NCBI GenBank assembly: GCA_010909165.1
Contig: VJWM01000203.1
Location: 186,001-250,000, forward strand
Length of the DNA: 64,000 nucleotides
Direction of reading: 5' to 3'
Origin: Anthoceros angustus
Taxonomy: Eukaryota; Plantae; Anthocerotophyta
The position numbers and the translations under genes are program-made. Positions 37,481-51,250 of the stretch are shown one piece after another (within the stretch, counting starts at the first letter, position 1; each line of letters opens with the position of its first letter). The notes under the pieces were generated by a model that was not told the origin of the DNA, did not search any database, and saw only the letters and a list, made by a program, of their open reading frames with translations.

Positions 37481-40400
37481 GTTGGCCGAACGGCGGACTG
37501 TACTAGACGCTGAGTCAAACTGCCAGCTACAAACACATCAGCTTGCAGCCGCTGTCCTACAATCTGCCAACTAGAGAGGCCTCAACGAGGGCTTCCACCA
37601 AAGCGAGGATAAATTTTGTGCCTTTCTCGGCATCTCTGAAACATACTTCTCCCATGACTGGAGAGAAAACGACGAGACAGTCACTCACAGAAAGCAGGGT
37701 CGAACCTTCCCAGCTCTCTTGCTGACGAGATTGCTTCTCTAAGACATGGTCTCTCGACGTCCTAGCCCTTGACAGTTGTGGGTGCCTCGACAAGCATTAA
37801 TGATAAAACAAAACACCTTTGGCTTGTCTGCCGCAAAACTGTGTCCAGTGATAGACCCATCAGTGGAAACAGTTATGTACATCTCTGGCAAACAAGCCAA
37901 AGGTGTTTTGTCATCATTGCTTTCGAGAAAGGTGTTTTGTCATCATTTCTTTCGAGATCGCTTTCTCGATGTGCGGCAGCTCGAACCCTGCATCTCTTGA
38001 CAAGTACGGCTGATAACCCTAATGCTGCAGTCAAGAGGAAGCTCTCTACATCTCTGGAACATTCACCAACCACAAATCTATCCTATCCAGGCAGGATCAG
38101 ATTCAGGGCTGCAGCCTGCAAACTTGAGCTACGTACAGCTGCCCTTCTTCAGCATGTTCAAGCACACGTCTCAAAAGCACGCCACTATGTCCTACACCCC
38201 TTGAAGCTTGCTAGCAATTGCAAGTTGTACGAGCAGGAAAGACGAGCACGCAGGGAAGGGCACAAAGCGCGAGTGCCGAGGGTGAAGCGCGATTGTTTGG
38301 TCTTACTCGATGACCCTTGCGAGACCTCACCAAAATATCAACACGATCACCGACGTGCAAGCCTGCTATACTTCAGTCACGAATTCTTGCCAAACGTGTC
38401 ATATCCATGTGCTGGAAATCCTGAAAAGAACGGTAGTAGAATGTCGGTTGATGGATCAGCAACGTCCCAAATTTGCTGGATTATGCAACCCGTCGGAGAG
38501 ATTGGCCATGACATGGATAGAGTCATCAAGTCAAGTGTTCTACCGCTCAACTACAGTCCTCAACCTGGTCTCAGCTTCGAGCTTTGTAGGATGCCGCACT
38601 TAGCACAATGGATGTAAAGCTTTGAGAGTCTGAGTTAGGGACCCCAGGAGCAAGCACCACTTTCGGATTTTGACTTGCCTGACAAGCAGAGTGAGTTGGG
38701 TGTGAGGCGGCGGACTCAGATGACACCGAGCCTTCGTTGCACAAAACTCTGCACCGAAGGGCGTGTGAACTCCGAGACTCTGCACTCACAGCTCACAAGT
38801 CACTGAATGACGAAGAGGTATGATTCCCAGCTAGGGCAGAGCTGGGAGGATCTTCCAGTCTCATCAGCATGCATGAACGGCCAGTAACGACATCGTGCCC
38901 TGCTCCTGCATTGTTACCTGCTTGCAAGCTGCAGGAATGGTGGTTTCTGCATGAGATGGTGAGGCATATGCCAGTGTGGATTAGGGTGTTGCAGGTGGTT
39001 GCAGCCAGGTTGTCAAGGTTCCGATTCGGATTAGCATATGCTACCTTGGTGTACGTCTTGTGAGCAACTGCACCGCATCGGCTTGCTCCTCACCTGGCTG
39101 CAACAGGCGGTTGAGGATGATGACGTCTGCGAACATCTCATCGTTCAGGTCATCCCAGGCCGTAATGTCGAGCTCAGTCAGAGATGCATTGCACGCAGAG
39201 GATCTCAGCACCGCTTTCTTGAAGAGGCGTGGCCAGTGATATGCGCCAAGCTCAGCTCACCCAATGCTTTGCATTATTGAAGAGCATCTGCAACCACCTG
39301 GGCTCCCGCCACATCCGTGCCAATATCGATACCTTTCAGCACCAGACGGCGGAGGTGGGGAGCAGTGGCCAGAATGCGGGCCAACTTTAGCTCAGTTGGC
39401 CGAACGGAGGACTGTACTAGACGCTGAGTCAAACTGCCAGCTACAAACACATCAGCTTGCAGCCGCTGTCCTACAATCTGCCAACTAGAGAGGCCTCAAC
39501 GAGGGCTTCCACCAAAGCGAGGATAAATTTTGTGCCTTTCTCGGCATCTCTGAAACATACTTCTCCCATGACTGGAGAGAAAACGACGAGACAGTCACTC
39601 ACAGAAAGCAGGGTCGAACCTTCCCAGCTCTCTTGCTGACGAGATTGCTTCTCTAAGACATGGTCTCTTCGACGTCCTAGCCCTTGACAGTTGTGGGTGC
39701 CTCGACAAGCATTAATGATAAAACAAAACACCTTTGGCTTGTCTGCCGCAAAACTGTGTCCAGTGATAGACCCATCAGTGGAAACAGTTATGTACATCTC
39801 TGGCAAACAAGCCAAAGGTGTTTGTCATCATTGCTTTCGAGAAAGGTGTTTGCATCATTTCTTTCGAGATCGCTTTCTCGATGTGCGGCAGCTCGAACCC
39901 TGCATCTCTTGACAAGTACGGCTGATAACCCTAATGCTGCAGTCAAGAGGAAGCTCTCTACATCTCTGGAACATTCACCAACCACAAATCTATCCTATCC
40001 AGGCAGGATCAGATTCAGGGGCTGCAGCCTGCAAACTTGAGCAACGTACAGCTGCCCTTCTTCAGCATGTTCAAGCACACGTCTCAAAAGCACGACACTA
40101 TGTCCTACACCCCTTGAAGCTTGCTAGCAATTGCAAGTTGTACGAGCAGGAAAGACGAGCACGCAGGGCACAAAGCGCGAGTGCCGAGGGTGAAGCGCGA
40201 TTGTTTGGTCTTACTCGATGACCCTTGCGAGACCTCACCAAAATATCAACACGATCACCGACGTGCAAGCCTGCTATACTTCAGTCACGAATTCTTGCCA
40301 AACGTGTCATATCCATGTGCTGGAAATCCTGAAAAAGAACGGTAGTAGAATGTCGGTTGATGGATCAGCAACGTCCCAAATTTGCTGGATTATGCAACCC

Positions 40401-41039
40401 GTCGGAGAGATTGGCCATGACATGGATAGAGTCATCAAGTCAAGTGTTCTACCGCTCAACTACAGTCCTCAACCTGGTCTCAGCTTCGAGCTTTGTAGGA
40501 TGCCGCACTTAGCACAATGGATGTAAAGCTTTGAGAGTCTGAGTTAGGGACCCCAGGAGCAAGCACCACTTTCGGATTTTGACTTGCCTGACAAGCAGAG
40601 TGAAGTTGGGTGTGAGGCGGCGGACTCAGATGACACCGAACCTTCGTTGCACAAAAACTCTGCACCCGAAGGGCGTGTGAACTCCGAGACTCTGCACTCA
40701 CAGCTCACAAGTCACTGAATGACGAAGAGGTATGATTCCCAGCTAGGGCAGAGCTGGGAGGGATCTTCCAGTCTCATCAGCATGCATGAATGGCCAGTAA
40801 CGACATCGTGCCCTGCTCCCTGCGTTGTGCCTGCTTGCAAGCTGCAGGGAACGGTGGTTTCTGCATGAGATGGTGAGGCATATGCCAGTGTCCACTGGAT
40901 TAGGGGTTGCAGGTGGTTGCAGCCAGGTTGTCAAGGTTCCGATTCGGGTTAGCACATGCTACCTTGGTGTACAAGTCTTGTGAGCAACTGCACCGCATCG
41001 GCTTGCTCCTCACCTGGCTGCAGCAGGCGGTTGAGGATG
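37210..41039. repeat. Tandem duplication of a ~1.9 kb chimeric unit (37210-39119 and 39125-41039) built of TRN1-like and PPR debris
   Basis: Near-identical ORF pairs at a ~1914-1915 offset (37350/39264, 37543/39457, 37769/39684). Both units start gtctgcgaacatctcatcg and end ggcggttgaggatg. Confidence 0.92.
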
Positions 41040-43051
41040 GTTGCGAAACGAAAGATGATCCTTGAGTCCCCAGCTTCTCCGAAGTGGAAACCAAGCTTCT
41101 TAGGGTAAAGTATGTACTTAAGTCATTAGGTTGAGGACACGGCATCACCTAGCACCTGATTTGCTGCCTTGAGTCGAGGAGACGACTCTCCTTTTCCTGA
41201 CTTGGTCCATCCCTTTGCCTGCAGGGATTCCAGGAACAGAACAGAGAATGGATGGAGGAAGTCCGGTGCGAAGCCAGTCTTATCCCGTTCGGGGCGGACG
41301 TTTCCACGCGTTCGCCACAGAGACCACCACATCGCTGAGAGCACAGTGTACCATGGCGGACGAGGCCAAGGACTGGCGCGCTGCCGGCTCGGCGGCGGCG
41401 GCTGCTGGACTGCCTGGCCCGGAATGATTTGGGCCGTCTACCCCGTCTTGAAGAGGATGAACGGTTTTGTGCGTGTTGCTGTCTTCCTACACACAAGGCT
41501 GCCACATTTTCACATGCAAGCAAGAGCACACAAATGTCACGGAATTGGGTACAACCATGCCTTCCTGACATCCTTCTGTTCGAGAACCTCGAGACAAGAA
41601 CCTGGAGACAATCGCTGATAGAATGCAGGGTCGAACCTCCTCTGGTGAATATTTTCGGGATCAGTTTCTTCATAATCTCGCTTTCATGATAATCAGGTTC
41701 TTCGTACAGTACCGTGCAGCAGCTCGAACCCTGCCATCTCATGACACGTACAGCTGCTGGTCCTAATTCTGCAGTCAAGAGGAAGCTCACTACATCTCTA
41801 GAACATTTACAAACCAAAAATCTATCCTACCCAGCCAGGAGAGGATCCATCAGGGATCAGTTTCAGGGCTGGACCCTGTAAACTGGAGTAGACAGGGTCC
41901 CGCCAGGTCACGACAGTTTCCTGGGGCCTCCGCAGGACTCCTGAAGGAACAGACTTAGGCAGAGAAATCGTCCTTCCTTCAACACAAATCCGGCGTGCAC
42001 CTGCCGCCATCCTAGCTCCTGCTGCAGGGAAGGGCACAAGGCGAGTGCCGAAAATGACCTGACTTGGAAACCCACCACAGAGGAGCCCTCATCTGGCACC
42101 TGCCTTTGGACGAGTAACAGGCACGTTATCAGTAGGAAAATGGTCACATCGAGGACACAGTCCGAGGCTAGCCAAAAATCAGGGCGCTTTGCCTACCATT
42201 TCATCCCTGCATTAGGACCAGGATGGCAACCAGGTGAATAAGATGTGAAGTGACGTCTTGTTGCAGTAATCGAATCCCCTTCAAGAGACGTAGGAATGAC
42301 AGGACAAGGAATGACAATCCCGTTCGCATTAGTACATGAGTTGGGCGACCCAAAATCCCCAAAACAGGGCGCCCCCAGATGCCCATTTGGAAATACATGG
42401 GAAGGCTCGATACGAATGTGGTTCTGCTGTTTCCAAAATGCCGAACTTTGAGAAGAAGTCACCAAACAACACACACATTCTATTGCACACACCAATCCAT
42501 AGCAAGTCGATGCGTCTACAGTGCATTGGTGCTGTAGCCATAGATAACGGAGTTCCCACCACAGAATACCCAGCTGAGATGCACCCAGCAGAAATTGGTA
42601 GGCAGCCTCTTCAGAAGAGTGATTCCCTCGGATGTAAAGAATATTCATGAAACGACAACAAATATGCAGCCCAGTGCCTTCACAACCCATGGTCTGGTGC
42701 CTACAGGTCCATTTCGTGGGAACTGAGTGGGACTGCTCTGATCAGTCAAGCTCTTGCAGCCAGGCTTCTTGCTTGTCCCCAGCTCGCCAGTTGTTAGAAG
42801 ATACTGAAGCACAGATGAAGTTTGAATTAGCCATTACTCATGGAGCAGGGCAGGATGTCATTCCTGGCCATTCATGCATGCTCAGACCGGAGCATCCCTC
42901 CTTCACCAACCAGGGGCCTGCTGTTGTTCATGAATTCTGGAACGTGTTCAAGAGTCACAATCTTGAACCACTCAAAAGATGAATTCAGAGGTGGCCATCA
43001 GCAAAGACTGACGTGAAACAAAGCAGGATTGGGCTACACATCCTTATACCA

Positions 43052-46000
43052 CTACCCAATCACGTGGTGCAGATCGCTCCTCCAGTCATGTACCAAATCC
43101 TGGGTGATGCTGCAACACACGTCGTTTGAGTAGCTCCCATCAGAGTTTCTCATAAACACGTCTGTCAATTCCCTCTGCATACACGTTGGGCAAACCCATG
43201 CCACTCCTCGTCCTCCCTCAGGCCTTTTCCGAAATTGCACCTATGCAGTTGGAATATCTCGCCGATGTGATCCTTTACCAACGGCTTGACCAGATCCCTC
43301 AGGGTAATCCATGCCTCCTTCACGGAAATGTCCTGGTCCGCCGATGGACCTGTCAGGTTGAGATCTACCTTGGACAGGTCTGCGTCCAGAGAGGCCGCAG
43401 TGAGATACAGCGCTCCATCCAAGCTGGTGAAGGGTCGGGAACCGCATTCCCAATGCCGGCAGCCACATGTAGGCCAGCTTTCACTAGGAAAACCAAAACC
43501 TTGATACCTCTGATTGCTAGGGCCTGATCCACTTCCACTTCGCATCCTCCAATGTCAAGTCGAATCCAGTTTGGCCCTCCACGATGTGATTCCCAAAGAT
43601 GTTTTCGCACATGAAGTGCAGCTTAGCCGCTTTGCCCACACGCACCCCTGCAATCAATCTCTGTACTACACCCACGTCTGCAGTGGTGATGTAGGGACGT
43701 CTGGGTATCTGACTGCTTTCTAATTCTGCAGAGAAATTCATAATCTCATCCATCTTAGAAAGCAAAATTGTTGAGTAGCTTCCTGCCCAGCCCTGATAGC
43801 GCTCATCTCATGTTGGATAAGTTGCAAAGTCTCGCCAATTCTATCCACTTTGACTCCACTGCTTTCACCTCTGTCTCCACCATTTTCACGTTGTGCTTCA
43901 AATCTCTTATCCCTTGATTGATGGTTTGCAGTTGCTCCCCATCTCCGAGTGAGTTGTTCCAGGGAGGGATATAGTACGTCGGACGCTGGCAGACCGAGAC
44001 GTTTGAACTGGTGCGTCTTGTTGTGCGAGCACCCCTTCTCTGTAGGCAGGACTTCCTCTACAGCTGCATCTATGTTGGATATGGTTTGAAGGAGACCTGT
44101 TCGTCGCCTTTGCAAGACATCCAAGAGTTCACCAGCACTTAAGAGCTCATCAGCTCCTCAAAGGCATTCTCAAAAGGCTTCAGGACATTCTGGCCACCAC
44201 CATTTGAAGTCGGCCAGATCCATTGAGGAGAAAATCTCCCTGTACACTCATGTTGGTCTGGAAAAACACGCTTCAGCAAATCCTGCGTTAGCACTGACTG
44301 ATTATGCCGGTAGATACAGAGTGTGAGGTTTTCGACACACTCGGTCCTGATAATTCCTTCCACAAGCTCGACTCCCGGACTGCCTTCAGGGAAGCACAAA
44401 AGATTTCAACTTTGCAATCACATGTTCCTTGAGAAACTCGATAGTTTCATCTTTGCTCTTGGATGACCTCACCAGAATATCGATATGGTCACCGATGTCT
44501 CCGGTGTCCTCTCCGATATCCCCACTGCTTTCCAAAACACATCCATACCATCACACCAAAACTTGATGAGGTTGCGTTCAATACGATATTGATGAGGTTG
44601 CATGCCATGGAATCCAAAACAAATCCTTTCGAAGGCAGACCTGCAATACGCAAACCTCCACAATGTCAGTAAACAGGTTGAAGACACACACCATCAAAAC
44701 AAAGACATGTTGGTAGTTATCGTACTTGGAATCTAGGAAAAAGCCTGGACCAAGAAACGTCTTCGTCTTGTCAAGGCACTGTAACCTCCTTCCGAGGTAG
44801 ATGTAATTGCTTGCTGTATCAGCAGTTTCCCAGTTCAACTGTCGTCTCCCAGGAAGAGCGTCACCATTACCGGCGGCCATGGTGAAGGGAACAAAGAATC
44901 CGACACGTCGAGTCCCATCCTCTTCATAGCATAAGTTGAGAGTGGTCATCAACGATACCAGATGTTGCCTTTCAATCCCCTCCGCTTGTGTGCCTCTGAG
45001 AATCTCATCCAAGGTGGAATGAAGCAGACTTTGAGCAACAAATCCATCTGAGGAATGCGACAAACCTCTAGTAGACGGAGACATGCTGTGGTTAGAAGGT
45101 GAATGAGTCGCCCTAAAAATTGTGACTCATCCAGTGTGGATTTATCACCACAACATCTGTATCTTGAAAACAGATGATACTACCCACATCATGCAAATAG
45201 GCAAGAATGGCTCCCAATCGTTCCCCTCATCTTGAACCCCACCTTCGTGGAGACTCTTAGCTCGTTTTGGAACAAAGTTTGAAGTTGCTGTTTCCTCACC
45301 ATCGGTTGAGCTGGATGTTGGGATACCCAGGCAGTCAAATCAGCACTCAATCGGTTGCATACCTCGGGTACCCAAAACAGTTTAGTTGCAAATAGAGCTC
45401 GAAACGATTCCATGAGTGCGTCCAGCAAGGGCTTCACACTCTTGGCAGATCGAGCGTCCATGGAGAAGAGTGTTTTGTTTCCACGTGAACAACCTGTTCA
45501 AACTCGGTGGCCAACTCTGTCAGAACGGGTTGAAGGAGATTGGTAATGCTTCAGCATCAGAACGCTTCATCTTATCCACATGAGTTGCCACCACAAATAT
45601 TTGAGGCAAAGTAGAGCCCACGTTGCGACAATTGGAGTTGATGAACCTAAGCCAGTACGCCAAGCTCCTTCTGAACCTGTCCTGCAGGACATTAGACGGA
45701 GGTTTGATCCAGTTGGGGAGGTTTCCGATCATCAAATGGGCTGAACGCAAACAGGAAGATACATGCTTGGTTGAAGGTCGGAAAAGGTAGTCTTGCAGAG
45801 CTCGGTAGTGAGCTTGTCCAGCCAGATCCCACATGGTAACTTGCATATCATGGTCGTTGCGCAACACCTCGATTTCTATGCCTTCCGTTCTGGTACCGGT
45901 GACGGAAGCCATCCGTCGCCAAGCACGAAATATTTTTCCCTTCAGTCGAGCTAGAACTTGGCTGAGCTGGAACTCGAGTGATGCGGCTGTGTGTCGTCTC

Positions 46001-47398
46001 CATGCGCGAATCATGGTGGTGCGGAGAGTGGTCTTCCTGCCAAAGGGCACCGCACAGGAAGAGGCGCCCAGCCTTGGGCATCACAGGCCCTTGCCTGCCC
46101 ACGAGCAAAGGCCAGTAAGCCTCTTGAGTGGCATTGCCTGCCAAGGCTGCATTGATGATTGCGTCCTTTCCTTCCGCTTCCCATGTTGTCCCTGGATGTT
46201 GATCTCCCGTAACGTCTTGTTGACTTGAATACAGTTCATCAAGTCTCTAAACATGTCATGATCCAGGGCGTCCCAGAGAAATGTCGAGCTTTTCAGAGAT
46301 GCGTTGCCCTCCAAGGATCTCAGCAACTCTTTCTTGAACGAGGCGTGGCCGCGGAGATCGTACAAGCCCAGGACACGCAGTGCTTTGCATTCCGGGAGCA
46401 GCTGGACAAGGCGCATCCACACATCCGTCGCAGCTGATGGCGTACTGAAGTCCCGGAGACGAAGTTCAGATATGGTGGAGTTGTGGAGTAACCCGTCCAG
46501 GCCGTGGATGAGAGCATATGGAGTGGTGTCAAGCATCTCGATACGATCGTTGGTGCGCAGCATTCCGGCCAGGGCGTCTGCCAGGCCTGCCTCCCCATCC
46601 TCCGAGATCCACAACCGAAGCTGTGTGACGCCAGAGATGGAGGCATTCTCATCCTCATCCGCGCGGGTGAAAGCAAGTTTGAGCACAGTGCCCATGGGCC
46701 CGAGGCCGCCGGGAATGGGACCCCGCAATGCAACGCCATCACCCAACCTCAGATCCCGGAGCGTGGCACAGAGCGGAAGAGCATTTGCAATACACTGGGC
46801 TCCCGCCACATCCATGCCGATGTCTTCAGTGACAGATCCTTGAGACGGGGAGCCGTGGCCAGAATGCGGGCCAGGTGCTGTGCCCTTCAGCACCTCCCAC
46901 CTCGTTCCCTGTAAGTCCTCTCCAGGACAGAATCCTTGTTGAAGCCTTTGGCCAGGGCACCCAGTCCCGCGGCATCAAGCCCAACTTCGGTGCTGAAAGG
47001 TTCGTAAGCTGCGACTGGATGCAACAAGCTGGCCCAGAGCCTCGCAAGCCGCCTGCCTTCCAAAACCTTCACAGCCATCAGACAGTATTCCAGGGAAGGG
47101 TTGGACGCCAGGCCCCCAACAGAACCGACACTTCATCCTCCTGATCCAAGCCGATGGCCCACTGGTCAATGGATGTCTCGAGACTGCGGCAGTTGGCAAT
47201 GGCTGTCAACACCCGCTTGCGCACTCGCCAGTGCCTTCCCTCATCACCACGGATTCGATCAGTGAAGTAGCCGCCATACTCTTCATCATTATGCAGATCG
47301 GGTAGTACGGACACGGCATTCCGGCCCAGATCTAGCAGCAGCTGCTGCAGCTGAACCGGCAGCGCGCGCCAATCCTCCGCCTCATGCTCTTCCGCCAT
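43052..47398 (-). CDS. Full-length TORNADO1-like Roco protein (RNI-like LRRs - Roc GTPase - COR - coiled-coil/Cys-His C-terminal domain), apparently intronless, ~1400 aa; multiple 1-nt frameshifts
   Basis: ATG at 47398. LRRs (LPLCATLRDLRL, LLHNSTISELRL, IQVNKTLREINI). G1 LFLCGA-x-x-GKTTL after indel repair, G2 RTEGIEI, G3 WDLAGQ, G4 VVATHVDK. COR motifs VVVINPHW and YLGRRLQC...LGPGFF. TRN1-type tail LHFMCE...HIVEGQTG, KAGLHVAAGIG, VAWVCPTC. Stop at 43052. Confidence 0.85.
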
Positions 47399-48872
47399 GC
47401 TCTGCTATGCTGCTATGCTGCTGCTATGCTTCCCGGACTGCTAGAATGGAATGAGGGCCAGGCAGGTGCTGTGCTCCTCCAGGCCACACCACATCCCGCG
47501 GCCTTCAGCCCTGGCAGGCAGGCCCCACGCAGCGAAACTTCCCACATGAACGGCGAAACAGCCCAAACTTAAACATGCTAAAATAAGTAAATGGAATGGA
47601 ATTTGTCCGGGTCAGTCGAGATCAGGACACCGGAACGGAACGGGAAACGGCTCCCGTGCACGGTCCCTGTGATGAATGATGGGCTGGGTTGGGTTGGGTT
47701 GAAGGGTGTCCATGGAAACTGAATCCAGCCTAGAAACCCTTTTACTTATAATTTTCGATAACATGATCTTTCATGAATCTAAGCTCATCAGGGTCTGGCA
47801 GCCTGTGAAAGGGAACAACACGCGCACCAAAGTCAGCGTATGGGGAAGGGTTCCAAGTGCAATGATATTGCGGATATAACCCATGGTGTTTCTCCACAAG
47901 TGAATAGCAGGGTATCAGTATTGTTTTCTCTTTCCAATAGATTTCCAGTGGACATACATAAAGTTGTTGTTATTGTTGTTGCATATGAACATTCTCTGGA
48001 GGGCATATGGACGTCCTTGCCATCAATCCTCTGAAGAGGGCATATGGACGTCCTTGGCATCAATGGTTCATGACTGTACCCGAGAATGGTGATGAGTTTA
48101 TATTATAGGCTGCAAATGTTGCACCTTTCCAGAAGGCCATGGATGTGTCGACCAGGTGAGAAAATCCTTCAGCTGCACAATGGCACACGTGGCTGAAGTG
48201 TCAAGGGACAGTGGTGTCGACCAGGTTAATGGTTTCTACACAGTGGGGTTCGGCAATCTATTGAGCAAGTTGGTGCTGCTGTTGCTCACACGGTTTTTGC
48301 AAAGCCACGCTTTCCGCTGACGCTCTCCACAACCAAATCACCCTGGATAGGAAGGATGGAACACACCTTCCTTCCTCACCTTCGAAGAAGGTGAAGCAAT
48401 ATCTCCAGTTAGTTGGACATCGGAGATGGCCGTGAGCGATTTTCCGCGTTGTCTAGTGTCATAGAGGGGCAAGGGGCCTCAGACGCCATTCCAGTGACGA
48501 CATCCTTTCCCAGCTTTGGCCGGTCGGGAAGATGGAACACATACATCCTGACAGTGTGCAGAAGATCTAGAAATCATTCAAGCAGAGGACCGAAAATCTG
48601 GACTTGCTTCTTGAAACCCAAAGCTCAAGCACCTACAGCCCTGCAACTCACACGTTCTTTCCTTCCTACTCTCCACGAGCTAACACCTGAAAAACCACTC
48701 TTTTTGTGCGCTTCACAGGTGCAGCCTGCAATCAGTGCTTTCCGATGACAGTGTCAAACACCGGCTGTGCATCAACCGTGCTGCTGGACTTCCCATACGT
48801 GCTAATCAAACTGCCAGCTACAAACACATCAGCTTGGAGCCGCTGTCCTACAATCTGCCAACTAGAGAGGCC

Positions 48873-50002
48873 AACTGGTGGTGTTTGACAAGGTTCATGG
48901 TTTCTACACAGTCGGGTTCGGCAATCTGTTGAGCAAGTTGGTGCTGCTGTTGCTCTCGCGGTTTTTTTTTTTTGCAAAAGCCACGCTTCCCGCTGACGCT
49001 CTCCACTACCAAATCACCCTGGATAGAAAGGATAGAAACACGCCTTCCCTTCCTCACCTTCCCCGTGCCTGCGATATTTTCTCCTTCAGCCCAACTTGCC
49101 CGACCTCGAAGCATGAATCTCGCCATGCGCGGATCAAGGTGGTGCGGAGAGCGGTCTTTCCTGTCGAAGGAGCACCGCACAGGAAAGAGCGCCCAGCCGT
49201 GGGCATCCGAGGCTCTGGCTCGTCCGAGAGCAGAGGCCAGTAAGCCTCTTGCGTAGCGTTGGGTGCCAAGGCTCGGGAGATGGTTGCGTCTTTTCCCTCT
49301 CATTCCCATGATGTCCCACGCATTCAGATGACCCGCAGTGTTTTGTTGACCGGAAGAGAATGCATCAAGTCTGCGAACATCTCATCTTTCAGGTCATCCC
49401 AGGCCGTAATGTCGAGCTCAGTCAGAGATGCATTGCACGCAGAGGATCTCAGCACCGCTTTCTTGAAAGAGGCGTGGCCAGTGATATGCGCCAAGCTCAG
49501 CTCACCCAGTGCTTTGCATTATTGAAGAGCATCTGCAACTACCTGGGCTCCCGCCACATCCGTGCCAATATCGATACCTTTCAGCACCAGACGGCGGAGG
49601 TGGGGAGCAGTGGCCAGAATGCGGGCCAACTTTAGCTCAGTTGGCCGAACGGAGGACTGTACTAGACGCTGAGTCAAACTGCCAGCTACAAACACATCAG
49701 CTTGCAGCCGCTGTCCTACAATCTGCCAACTAGAGAGGCCTCAACGAGGCTTCCACCAAAGCGAGGATAAATTTTGTGCCTTTCTCGGCATCTCTGAAAC
49801 ATACTTCTCCCATGACTGGGAGAGAAAACGACGAGACAGTCACTCACAGAAAGCAGGGGTCGAACCTTCCCAGCTCTCTTGCTGACGAGATTGCTTCTCT
49901 AAGACATCGTTTCTTCGACGTCTTAGCCCTTGACAGTTGTGGGTGCCTCGACAAGCATTAATGATAAAACAAAACCCCTTTGGCTTGTCTGCCGCAAAAC
50001 TG
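48873..50002 (-). repeat. Dispersed duplicate of 36732-37841 (TRN1-like LRR/P-loop fragment plus PPR debris)
   Basis: ORF pairs 37100/49259, 37201/49360 and 37350/49509 are almost identical. CGAPSTGKTALRTT is present. The adjacent 48732-48870 encodes a PPR S-motif piece (LQADVFVAGSLISTYGK). Confidence 0.9.
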
Positions 50003-51200
50003 CCTTATACAGTTGGAATTTGTCGGCCATTTGATCCCTCAGCAACGGCTGCAAAAGATTCTTCAGAGCAATCCATGCCTCTTGCACGGGAGTGTTCTGG
50101 CTCGCAGCTGGTCCTGTCAGGTCCAGATTGAAATGGGACAGGGCTGATTCCCCAGAGGCCGCAGCCACAGAAACCGGTGCATCCAAGCTGGTGGCAGGGT
50201 CGGGAACCAAACCCCCAATGCCGGCAGTCGCATGTAGTCCAGCCTTGGCCAGGAAGAGCAATAGCTTTGCACCGTTGAGTTCTAAGGGCCTGATCCACCT
50301 CCACTTCGCATCCTCCAATGTCAAGTCAAATCCAGTTTGGCCCTGCACGATGTGATTCCCACAGATGTTTTCGCACATGAAGTGCAGCTTAGCCGCTTTG
50401 CCCACGAGCACCCCTGCAATCAATCTCTGTGCAAAACCCACGTCTGCAGTGGTGATGTAGGGACGTCTGGGTATCTGACTGCTTTCTAATTATGCAGAAA
50501 AATTCATAAGCTCATCCATCTTAGAAAGCAAGAATTGTTGAGTAGCTTCTTGCCCAGCCTTGATAGCGCTAATCTCATGTTGGATAAGTTGCAAAGTCTC
50601 GCCAATTCTATCCACTTTAACTCCCACTGCTTTGACCTCTTGCTTCAAATCTCTGATCCCTTGATTGATGGTTTGCAACAGTTGCTCCCCCATCTCCGAG
50701 TGAGTTGTTCCAGGGAGGGATATAATACCCACATCGGATGCTGACAAACCGAGACGTTTGAACTGGTGCGTCTTGTTGTGCGAGCACCCCTTTCTCTGTA
50801 GGCAGGACTTCCTCTACAGCTGCATCTATGTTGGATATGGTTTGAAGGAGACCTGTTCGTCGCCTTTGCAAGACATCCAAGAGTTCACCAGCACTTAAGA
50901 GCTCTTTAGCTCGCTCAAAGGCATTCTTCAGAAAGGCTTCAGGACATTCTGGCCACCACCATTTGAAGTCGGCCAGATCCCATGAGGAGAAAATCTCCCT
51001 GTACAGTCTTGTTGGTCTGGAAGAACACGCTCGAGCAAATCCTGCTTTAGCACTGACTGGTTATGCCGGTGGATACAGAGTGTGAGGTTTTCGACACACT
51101 CGGTCCTGATAATTCCTTCCACAAACTCGACTTCCGGACTGCCGTCAGGGGAAGCACAAAAAGATTTCAACTTTGCAATCACATGTTCCTTGAGAAACTC
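49900..51200 (-). pseudogene. C-terminal part (~400 codons) of a second TORNADO1-like paralogue
   Basis: Collinear with 43250-44439 (EGIIRTECVENL, LHFMCENICGNHIVQGQTGFDLTLEDAKW, KAGLHATAGIG) but diverged in the tail. Cut at 51200, with no LRR/Roc upstream. Confidence 0.85.
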
Positions 51201-51250
51201 CTCTAGGATGCCAGCGCCAACAAAGGGGGGAAAGCCTTCTGGTCGTCCAA

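Noticed and set aside
37769-38617. 282 aa plus-strand ORF in the duplicated cassette
   Set aside because: Non-ATG start, no recognisable domain, frame not preserved in the other copies, and antisense to PPR/TRN1 debris.
42193-42690. Hydrophobic minus-strand fragments faintly like a DUF716/TMEM45 membrane protein remnant
   Set aside because: Similarity is too weak and frameshift-dependent to call without an HMM search.
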